From an uncultured bacterium (GTDB lineage: Bacteria > Acidobacteriota > Thermoanaerobaculia > Multivoradales > JAHZIX01), in NCBI GenBank assembly GCA_965368975.1, contig CBDUPA010000001.1, positions 576,001 to 640,000 on the forward strand: a stretch of 64,000 nt of DNA. Reading direction: 5' to 3'. A program made the translations under genes and the position numbers. Shown in pieces: positions 1-8,984 of this stretch (positions are counted from its first letter, which is position 1; each line of letters starts with the position of its first letter). A model generated the notes under the pieces. That model was not told the origin of the DNA and ran no database searches. It saw nothing but the letters and a program-made list of their open reading frames with translations.

Positions 1-2
1 TG

Positions 3-1454
<1,452 letters not shown>

Positions 1455-1480
1455 ACGGAGAAGAGCGTCCGTGAAGGTCG

Positions 1481-1511
1481 AGAGCCCGGCGTCCAGGGGA
1501 TGCCGGGCTCT
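1481..1511 (+). terminator. Hairpin after clpB, probable intrinsic terminator
   Basis: AGAGCCCGGCGTCC...GGATGCCGGGCTCT inverted repeat about 26 bp after the stop; U-tract is weak. Confidence 0.6.
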
Positions 1512-1579
1512 GTGACCCTGGGGATAAAGATCCGCTCACAAAGCTGAGAGTTCGGGAAATCCTCATGAACTACGGGTTG

Positions 1580-1660
1580 AAGGTCTTATTATATTGACAT
1601 TAAATAGAATTTTATTTATAGATATAGTGATATTGGGTTTATTGAGCTGGTATTATGAGT
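1580..1660 (+). promoter_or_regulatory. AT-rich segment with a TTGACA hexamer; possible promoter for the TIR/SEFIR gene
   Basis: Abrupt AT-rich stretch; TTGACA at 1594-1599; only imperfect -10 candidates (TATAGA 1617, TATAGT 1623). Confidence 0.35.
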
Positions 1661-1873
1661 CAGACCCGCGTCCTCAACCGGGGGCGGCAAGAGCTAGAGC
1701 CCTGGATGTTTTGTAGAGGAGAAACGAAGGTTTGTTAGACAGAAGCCACATTTTCCGCCACAATTCATGCGGAAACAACGACTCATGAATACGGACTTTA
1801 GCGCGAAGTGCCAGAGGGGGGATATTGCGATGCTCAGTGAAGCGCAGCGCGTTAGGTGCCCCGCATCAATCCA

Positions 1874-3190
1874 ATGGCACAGCTAAGCTTCGTCGAACGT
1901 AGAAAGCTTGAGACGCTCTTCGAAATGGGCGGCGGGTACGTTCTCGACTTCTCAAACCGCACTCTTCAGGAATTTGTTGCGGACAGTGTTGGAGTCGAGA
2001 TTTACGACGAGCGATACAATTATGATTCCGGATCGAAGGCGAACCGGCTACGCGGGTTCTGGAAGATCGAATCCGATGCGAACGTTGCCAAACTCATCCG
2101 GGATTTGGTGGACTACGCGGAATTCCTAAACAAGAACACCGATGCGGACCTTGTTTCCGCATGTAGGGCCATAGCTGATCGGCTCGTTGCCAGGTCGAAC
2201 ACGAGCGATTCTGAGAATTCCGCTATGTCCCGTCCGATTCGCGTTTTCATTGCGTACAGCCATGATTCGCCCGAACACGTTCGCCAAGTACTAGCACTCT
2301 CGGACTCCCTGCGGCGGGACGGAATCGACGCCGACCTCGACCAATATCACTTATCGCCGACCGATGGATGGCCCGCGTGGGTCAGTAACCAACTCGCAAC
2401 TGCTGACTTCGTGATCATCGTCTGCACCAAGGTGTTCTTGCGACGTTTTCGCGGCGAAGATAAAGCCAGTATTGGACTTGGGGTTGAATATGAAGGCGCT
2501 CTCCTTCAGGAAACGAACTTCAATGACTCGTCCTTATTTGAAGTCGGTCGCAAGACAACAAGGTACCTGCCGGTTGTGTTTTCGAACACCGATTCAGCCT
2601 ACATTCCCCCGCAGTTTCGCGCGCTTACCTTCTACAACCTAACTGGGCCTGAAGGGTACGGTTTCCTATACCGGCGGCTTACCAATCAACCAAAGCTCGC
2701 CGCTTCCCCTATCGGTGAACTCTTCAAGCCGCCACCAAGAGCTACCGAAGATAAGCTCAACGGGCTACGCACGTTCCTCTGCCATTCGTCAAAGGACAAG
2801 CCAGCGGTCCGCGATCTCTACAAGAAGCTACTGACGCACAACGTAAGACCTTGGCTAGATGAAGAGGATCTATTGGCGGGGCAAATATGGCGCGAAGAGA
2901 TACCCAAGGCTATCCGTGGCTCGCATGCGGTAGTGGTTTGCTTATCAGCCAATGCCGTGAGCAAGGCCGGCTACTTTCACAAAGAGGTGAAATTCGCGCT
3001 TGACGTTCTGGACGAACAACCTGAAGGTACAGTTTTTGTCGTTCCGGTTCGTCTGGCAGAATGCGATATACCTGAACGCCTTGGGCATATTCACTGTGCA
3101 AACCTTTACGACCACAATGGATTCGAGAAATTGCTTCTCGCACTACAATCGCGCGCAAAGCAAGTCGCGGCTAACAACAAAGACATCTAG
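1874..3190 (+). CDS. AbiJ-N-terminal-like + SEFIR + TIR domain protein, putative anti-phage
   Basis: N-term LFEMGGGYVLDFSNRT..SKANRLRGFW (AbiJ_NTD3-like); middle VFIAYSHDSPEH..L..DGIDADLDQY..GW..W (SEFIR); C-term FLCHSSKDK..WLDEEDLLAGQIW..GYFHKEVKFALD (TIR_2 with Glu); lower GC than flanks. Alternative GTG start at 1856. Confidence 0.85.
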   Translation: MAQLSFVERRKLETLFEMGGGYVLDFSNRTLQEFVADSVGVEIYDERYNYDSGSKANRLRGFWKIESDANVAKLIRDLVDYAEFLNKNTDADLVSACRAIADRLVARSNTSDSENSAMSRPIRVFIAYSHDSPEHVRQVLALSDSLRRDGIDADLDQYHLSPTDGWPAWVSNQLATADFVIIVCTKVFLRRFRGEDKASIGLGVEYEGALLQETNFNDSSLFEVGRKTTRYLPVVFSNTDSAYIPPQFRALTFYNLTGPEGYGFLYRRLTNQPKLAASPIGELFKPPPRATEDKLNGLRTFLCHSSKDKPAVRDLYKKLLTHNVRPWLDEEDLLAGQIWREEIPKAIRGSHAVVVCLSANAVSKAGYFHKEVKFALDVLDEQPEGTVFVVPVRLAECDIPERLGHIHCANLYDHNGFEKLLLALQSRAKQVAANNKDI

Positions 3191-3274
3191 CAATTGCGTG
3201 AGCCGGAGCAGTGAATCCGGCGGAATCTGAAAATAACGCGTAACGTCGCCGCCCGGTTACGCTGGTTGTTAGGC
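3185..3274 (+). mobile_element. Integron attC-like recombination site (solitary, degenerate R'')
   Basis: R'' ATCTAGC overlaps the TAG stop; 5-bp spacer; L'' CGTGAGCC; L' GGTTACG; R' GTTAGGC; arms GCGTGAGCCGG / CCGGTTACGC pair with one extra base. Confidence 0.65.
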
Positions 3275-3297
3275 ATCGCTCCGCCAGCGCAGGCGGT

Positions 3298-3570
3298 ATG
3301 ATCGACCACGCGCTCGACCGGCTGACCGACGACCTCCGCAGCTTGAGGCTGTGGTCGAGTGGTGCGTTCGACGAGGTGCGACATCTGTCCTACGGCGACG
3401 TCAAGAACAACGGTGTGTACTACCATCCGCGAGCACGCCTCCTCTATTCCGACCTGTCCGGGAGGGAGCTGCGTCATGAGCCGGCTCGGGCGAGCCGCTC
3501 GCTGAACTCGCAGATGTTGTCACTATGGACGAGGTCAGAACTCTATCCACCGCAGGGTCTTAAGAGTTAG
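3298..3570 (+). pseudogene. Short hypothetical ORF or gene remnant directly after the attC-like site
   Basis: ATG 24 bp after R'; the first part is coding-like and contains an LRHE motif with no second His. Confidence 0.3.
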
Positions 3571-3637
3571 CGCTAGCATTGAAGAGGTCTCAGTTTGGGA
3601 ATCTCGTCTGACGGCGGGGGACATCCTTGGTGCGAGA

Positions 3638-3925
3638 CTACCGCTCGCTCTTCGGCCTCTGAATCACCCGCATCGTCCCCTGCTCCTCTCGCTCCCGCTG
3701 CAACTTCTGCACGTGCTCCGTCAGCCACCGATCCCGCTCTGCCTGAGCTTCTTCGAGCGTCCGATACTTCCGGACTCCCTTCGGATAGCTGCGTGGATTC
3801 AAGAGCGCACTCCGTCGCCACAATTGACGAACCCGCTCGAGGTACGCGTCGTCTGGCTCATCGCACCACATGTCGCGGTCGGCGGCGTTCATTTCTTCGA
3901 GCGTTCGGAACTTTTGTACTGGCAT
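3638..3925 (-). CDS. Small hypothetical protein with a duplicated K(F/Y)RTLEE motif
   Basis: 95 aa; MPVQKFRTLEEM and GVRKYRTLEEAQ internal repeat; GAGG upstream. Confidence 0.7.
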   Translation of the reverse strand: MPVQKFRTLEEMNAADRDMWCDEPDDAYLERVRQLWRRSALLNPRSYPKGVRKYRTLEEAQAERDRWLTEHVQKLQREREEQGTMRVIQRPKSER

Positions 3926-4056
3926 TGGAGCGGAGCCTCAATCCTCAAAGAAGAACCGTTGTAGAAGGCGTGAAGAGCTGCCTCGAGCGCCCATGACTAT
4001 CGAACGATGTTATCTCGCTTGGCGCCACGACGTCTGAGCGGCTCGGCTGTGCGCCC

Positions 4057-4096
4057 AGAAAATGCAAAAGCCCGGCATCTTCGAGATGCCGGGCTT
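4057..4096 (-). terminator. Rho-independent terminator of the RiPP precursor-like gene
   Basis: Perfect 13-bp stem AAGCCCGGCATCT-tcg-AGATGCCGGGCTT; U-rich tail on the minus strand (TTTTGCATTTT). Confidence 0.85.
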
Positions 4097-4117
4097 GACC
4101 GAAGGAGGTACTAGCCT

Positions 4118-4291
4118 TCAGCAGGCGAAGCAGGATCCGCCGATGTCGCAGGTCTGCTGGGAGTTGCAGGGATAGCACGTGAACGTGCAAACGACGGTGC
4201 AGACCTCGGTAGCAGCGCCCTTGGCTTGTTGCGTGGAAGATTCGCTGAGCACGGAGAGTGTTTCGCGGCTGAGGCGTAGCTTCTTCTTCAT
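4118..4291 (-). CDS. 57-aa Cys-rich RiPP (class I lanthipeptide-type) precursor-like peptide, absent from the ORF track
   Basis: Hand translation MKKKLRLSRETLSVLSESSTQQAKGA-ATEVCTVVCTFTCYPCNSQQTCDIGGSCFAC; SD AAGGAGGT 7 nt upstream; terminator downstream; KKLxLxxETL leader; GA cleavage-like site; 7 Cys. Confidence 0.85.
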   Translation of the reverse strand: MKKKLRLSRETLSVLSESSTQQAKGAATEVCTVVCTFTCYPCNSQQTCDIGGSCFAC

Positions 4292-4352
4292 AGGTATGAC
4301 CTCCTTGAAGATTTCTCAGAACCTGCTTAGGTTCAATGAATAATGTGTTCTT

Positions 4353-4382
4353 AGGGTAGTGTGCTTGGTAGGTCGAAGTCAA
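4353..4382 (-). promoter_or_regulatory. Possible sigma70 promoter for the precursor gene
   Basis: TTGACT-N18-TACCCT on the minus strand, about 60 bp upstream of the ATG. Confidence 0.35.
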
Positions 4383-4505
4383 TGCCCTGGTGGCGCTTGC
4401 TCGGTGGTCCGTGCCGGAATTGTCCGGTAGACGATCTGGTTGTTGAGCAAAACGACTGTCTCTCACGCGGAGCCCGACGCTATCCGCAACTACCGGAGGC
4501 CCCTG

Positions 4506-7500
4506 ATGCGAAACCGTGTTCGTCCCCTCGTTCTGCCGACCTTCGGCCTGTTGTTGCTGACTCTGACTTCGGCGGCGCACGCCCAGGAGCCGCTCTTCAC
4601 GTCGCAGGTGCGCAGTGCCCAAGGCGACGGATGGCGTGTGATGGTGAACGTGGACGGGCTCTTGACGGCACCGGAGTTGCTCACGTTCGAGTTACCTACG
4701 GGAGAGACGGTGTGGGCGCGTCAGGACCACTTCGAGGTCGACGGTTCGTTCGTCGACGACGAAGGCGACGTCCGAGAGACGTTTCGCTGGTGGGGCAAGA
4801 CGGACGATGGCGAAGACGTCCTGCTCAACGGCGTTGGGAACCAGGTGGCGGGAACGGTGATGCTGCAGTCAGGGATGTATCGGCTGCAGCCTACAGGCAG
4901 TCGTCAGCACCGCTGGTTCCGCGCAGCTGACCCGGAGGCGGGCTGCGGGACCGATCAGGATGTGGTGCAACGAGTCCGTTCGGTCCTCGAATCACGAGTG
5001 GCCGCTGAGGCCACGGCCTCGGCGGTGGTCACCGGACAGGACACGGGCACCGAGGATGTCGCGGCCGGCAAGGCGGGGCCGACAGTCGACGTGGTCATGG
5101 TCTACAGTCCTTCGGCCCGCGCGCGCGTCGGTGGGGATGCGGCGATGCTGGCGGAGATCCGCAGTGATATCGATTACACGAATCGGGCGCTGGGCAACAG
5201 CTTGATCGACGCGAGCGTTCGCCTCTTGCAGGTAGAGCAGGTGAACTATCAGGCGGACGCGGGCAGTGATGCCGGGCTCAACTGGTTGATCACCAACGGT
5301 GACGGCATTCGCCGCGCCTGGGGAGCAGATATCGTTGGGATCATCCACCACGTGACCGACTATTGCGGCATCGCTGCGTATCGGGGTATCCGCGGCAATG
5401 CCGACGGTGGCTTTTTCCTGACCGCCTCGAACTGTCTCGGCCGGGGCACGACGGCGCACGAGTTGGGGCATTTATGGGGTGCCGATCACGATCCTGAGAA
5501 CGCGGGCATCGCGCATGGCACGCAGTCGTTCGCCACCTATCCCGATGCCTATGGCAACTTCTATGACGGCATCTACCGCACGATCATGTCGTACAGCCGT
5601 CCGTGTGACCTGGGATGCCCCAAGGCACCGTACTTCTCCAATCCTGCGGTTTCGTATCTCGGTCGGCCGACGGGCACGAGCCAGCGCGCCAACCATCGCG
5701 TCATCCGCGACTACAGCCCGACAGTTTCGCGCTATTTCACGTCCAAGGCCGGGCCGCCGGCAGGGCCCACGGATCTGACCGCGGAAGTGGTGGAGACGGC
5801 GAGTGGCTTCGAGGTGATGCTGACCTGGACCGATCGCGCCAGCAAGGAGGGGCACTACGAACTCTACCGGGCGACGGACGGCGGCGCGCTGCCACGTTTG
5901 ACCCGGCTGAGCAAGAATAGCGAGCGTTATGTCGACCGGGCGGTCGAAGGGCGGCGAACCTACAGATACCAGGTGGAAGCGGTAAACCTGCAGGGCAGCA
6001 GCCGCTCGGAAGAGGTCGAGGTCGAGGTGGTGGCACTGGCGGCCCAGTTGGAGGTGCAAGCCAACCTGCTACGGGCCGGTGAGCCGGTGGTCTTTGACCT
6101 GCGGGTCGAAGGGAGTGGCCGGCGGGCACTGTGGTCCTTCACGCCGATTCTCGGCACACAAGCGACGGATGGGCTTGCGGTCACGGATGCCGCGAGTGGT
6201 TGGGGAGCGGTCCACGTGTTCGACACGCCCGGTGTGTATGAGGTCAGGGTGAAGGTGCAGGGCGGCCACGGACAGGAGGTCGCTGCGAACCTGACGCTCG
6301 ACGTACGTGGCGCGACGCCAGTCTGGACGCGCACGGCGTCGCGGTTGCAGAGCGTGATCCATGGTCCGCGCGGCGGCGGTGGCGTCTTCGAAAGCCAGCT
6401 GTGGCTGCACAATGCGGGCGCCGCGCCCGCGCTGGTCGACCTGGCGTTCCTGGCGCGCGGCCAGGACAACCGCACGGCGCGTCGGCGTGCGTTGACCTTG
6501 TTGCCGGGGCGGACGCTGCACTTGCCGGATGTGGTGTCGACGCTAGACGCCGAGGGCGCCGGGGCGCTGAGCGTCGAGGCGCGAGCCAATGCGGATCTGC
6601 ACAGCGCTGCGCCACGCGTGCTGGCCTTCGGTCGGTCGTTCGTCGAGCGTCCCCAGGGCCCGAACGGTGCGAGCTTCGGCCAGCGGGTGGGGGAAGAGCC
6701 GGCGGAGCTGTGGAGCGACGCCACGCGCTGGATCGTCGGGCTCTACGATGGTCCCGAGGTCGACGACGTGACCGAAGCTGACGACGGAGCCGAGACGGGC
6801 TGGCAGGCGACGTTGCACGGTGTCAACCTGGAGGATCGTCCCGGCCGCCTGACGCTGGAGCTGACGGACGCGCTGGGTCGTGCCGTCGGTGAGCCGGCAG
6901 AGCTGGGCTTGCCGCCGCAGGGCATGCGCTTCCAGCGGCTGATTCAGCTGTTCCCCGAGGTGCGTGCCTTCCAGCCACCGTTCACCGCGCGGGTGACATC
7001 CAATGGCATCCGCTTCCTGGCGTCCGGGACGCTGCTCGAGAGCGGCTCGGAGGATCAGGCGTTCTTACCAGGACAGGGTGAGCTGGTGGGGCCGGCGAGT
7101 GTCCAGACACGCCTGCTGATTCCGCGTGTCGTCGAGGGACCGGGGCAGTTTGGTGTCACGCTGAGTACGAGGCTGCTGCTGCACAATCCGGCTGACGTCG
7201 CGCGTACGCTAACGCTGGAGCTACTCGAACGGGGGCAGGACAACTCGCAGCCCAAGACTGCGACCGTGACGGTGCCGGCGGGACAGACGCGGGAGATCCG
7301 AGCGGTGTTGCCGTCGCTCTTCGACATCGACAGCGGTGCTGGTGCGCTGGCTCTCAGCTGGCAAGGGGAGGGACCTGCTCCGCAGGCGGCCGCGTTGGTC
7401 TTCGCGCGCGCTGAGGCGGGGGAGCGTTTCGCCACGCGCGTCGAGGCGCGCCCACCTACTGCAGCGGCGACCGAGCGGTCGATCGACTTCGGTGCCGAGC

Positions 7501-7805
7501 AGTCGTCGCGTTTCACGTCTGCCTACGGTGTGCTCAGCCTGTTCGAGCGCACGACGCGGCTGGAGCTGATCCTGCGCGACGGCCAGGGCGTCGAGCTGGC
7601 ACGGCGGACACAGAACTTGCGGCCACATCAGCATCTGGAGCGGAGTCTGCTCGGGCTCTTCGAGGACGCGGCTGGTCAGCTCCAAGGCGTCCAGGATCTG
7701 GCTGTCGAGACGCGCGTGCTGGCAGGTGGGCCAGTGCTCACGTACCTGATCAATGTCAACGTCTCGGGTGACGTCTTCTACGTGCCGGGGCGTGGGTGGC
7801 GCTAG
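4506..7805 (+). CDS. Secreted metzincin (reprolysin/M12-like) metalloprotease with FN3-like, PKD-like and C-terminal repeat domains
   Basis: GGAGG RBS; signal peptide ending AHA; HELGHLWGADH zinc motif; TIMSY Met-turn; LTW.D..Y.Y.V.AVN FN3 pattern; H.F..PG.Y.V PKD pattern. Confidence 0.88.
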   Translation: MRNRVRPLVLPTFGLLLLTLTSAAHAQEPLFTSQVRSAQGDGWRVMVNVDGLLTAPELLTFELPTGETVWARQDHFEVDGSFVDDEGDVRETFRWWGKTDDGEDVLLNGVGNQVAGTVMLQSGMYRLQPTGSRQHRWFRAADPEAGCGTDQDVVQRVRSVLESRVAAEATASAVVTGQDTGTEDVAAGKAGPTVDVVMVYSPSARARVGGDAAMLAEIRSDIDYTNRALGNSLIDASVRLLQVEQVNYQADAGSDAGLNWLITNGDGIRRAWGADIVGIIHHVTDYCGIAAYRGIRGNADGGFFLTASNCLGRGTTAHELGHLWGADHDPENAGIAHGTQSFATYPDAYGNFYDGIYRTIMSYSRPCDLGCPKAPYFSNPAVSYLGRPTGTSQRANHRVIRDYSPTVSRYFTSKAGPPAGPTDLTAEVVETASGFEVMLTWTDRASKEGHYELYRATDGGALPRLTRLSKNSERYVDRAVEGRRTYRYQVEAVNLQGSSRSEEVEVEVVALAAQLEVQANLLRAGEPVVFDLRVEGSGRRALWSFTPILGTQATDGLAVTDAASGWGAVHVFDTPGVYEVRVKVQGGHGQEVAANLTLDVRGATPVWTRTASRLQSVIHGPRGGGGVFESQLWLHNAGAAPALVDLAFLARGQDNRTARRRALTLLPGRTLHLPDVVSTLDAEGAGALSVEARANADLHSAAPRVLAFGRSFVERPQGPNGASFGQRVGEEPAELWSDATRWIVGLYDGPEVDDVTEADDGAETGWQATLHGVNLEDRPGRLTLELTDALGRAVGEPAELGLPPQGMRFQRLIQLFPEVRAFQPPFTARVTSNGIRFLASGTLLESGSEDQAFLPGQGELVGPASVQTRLLIPRVVEGPGQFGVTLSTRLLLHNPADVARTLTLELLERGQDNSQPKTATVTVPAGQTREIRAVLPSLFDIDSGAGALALSWQGEGPAPQAAALVFARAEAGERFATRVEARPPTAAATERSIDFGAEQSSRFTSAYGVLSLFERTTRLELILRDGQGVELARRTQNLRPHQHLERSLLGLFEDAAGQLQGVQDLAVETRVLAGGPVLTYLINVNVSGDVFYVPGRGWR

Positions 7806-7942
7806 TCGTTGCGCCAGTTTGCAGGACGCTGTAGGGAATCCGCGTCCGCGTGTCCAAGCACCGTTCGGCTCACGTACAACATATATACAGTGTTTATCTG
7901 AGCCCTGGATTGCCATGCCGGATTGGGGCATAATCTCGCTCT

Positions 7943-8947
7943 ATGACTTCCGAAACAGCAGCCGCACCGACCCTCGACGAGATCCGGGACGCGCGTCGCC
8001 GAGTCGGTGACTTGATCGTCACCACGCCGACCTGGCACTGGCGCGGCCGCGAGGCCGAGAGGGCCTTCGGCGACACCCAGGTGTTCCTCAAGCTCGAGCT
8101 GTTCCAGTACGCGGGTACCTTCAAGCCGCGCGGCGCTCTGCTCAACATGCTGGAGATGGACGACGACGCGCGCCGTCGAGGTGTCACCGCGGTGAGCGCG
8201 GGCAACCACGCGATGGCGGTGGGGTACGCCGCCAAGGCCTTGGGCATGCAGGCCAAGGTGGTGATGCCGAAGACGGCCAGCCCGGTGCGTGTGCAAGGGT
8301 GTGAGGCGTACGGCGCCGAGGTGGTGCTGGTTGACGACGTGCATCAGGCCTTCGACGAGGTCAGGCGGATCGAGCGCGAAGAAGGCCGCACCTTCATTCA
8401 TCCCTTCGAGGGGCGCAACGTGGCGCTGGGCACCGGCATGGTGGGCCTGGAGCTGGCCGAGCAGGTCCCGGATCTCGATGCGGTGATCATTCCGGTGGGG
8501 GGCGGTGGTCTGGCGGCTGGTATCTCGACGGCGTTGCGTGCGGCGCAGCCGAGCTGTGATTTGTTCGGCGTCGAACCCGAGGGGGCCGACTCGATGCACC
8601 GCAGCTTCGCTGCTGGCAGTCCGCAGGCGATCGAGCGCGTGCGCACCATCGCGGACAGCCTCGGCGCCCCGCATGCGGCGCCGTATAGTTTCGAGCTCTG
8701 CCGCCGCAACCTGACCGGCCTGGTGAAGATCGACGACGATGCGTTGCGTGCGGCCATGGGACTGCTGTTCGCGGACATGAAGCTGGCTGTGGAGCCAGCG
8801 GCCGCGGCGGCGACGGCAGCTCTCTCCGGCCCTCTGGCCGAGCGCTTGCGCGGGCGCCGGGTGGGACTGGTGGTCTGTGGAACCAACTACGATCTGGCCA
8901 GCTTCGCGGCCAATGCCCAAGGCGGAACTGCCCGGCGGCCGACCTAG
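7943..8947 (+). CDS. PLP-dependent threonine/serine dehydratase family protein
   Basis: LKLELFQYAGTFKPRG (PLP Lys), SAGNHA, PVGGGGL, VEPAAA. Confidence 0.92.
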   Translation: MTSETAAAPTLDEIRDARRRVGDLIVTTPTWHWRGREAERAFGDTQVFLKLELFQYAGTFKPRGALLNMLEMDDDARRRGVTAVSAGNHAMAVGYAAKALGMQAKVVMPKTASPVRVQGCEAYGAEVVLVDDVHQAFDEVRRIEREEGRTFIHPFEGRNVALGTGMVGLELAEQVPDLDAVIIPVGGGGLAAGISTALRAAQPSCDLFGVEPEGADSMHRSFAAGSPQAIERVRTIADSLGAPHAAPYSFELCRRNLTGLVKIDDDALRAAMGLLFADMKLAVEPAAAAATAALSGPLAERLRGRRVGLVVCGTNYDLASFAANAQGGTARRPT

Positions 8948-8984
8948 TCGACCCGCTGCCCAGGCGCCCGTGGCGTGCCACCTG

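Noticed and set aside
1670-1857. Possible attI or upstream attC (GTTAGAC 1734, GTTAGGT 1851)
   Set aside because: No pairing left arm could be found and no integrase gene is adjacent; kept only as a possible cassette start.
7875-7890. TACAACATATATACAG resembling a LexA (SOS) box
   Set aside because: Only the right half matches CTGT-N8-ACAG; the left half does not.
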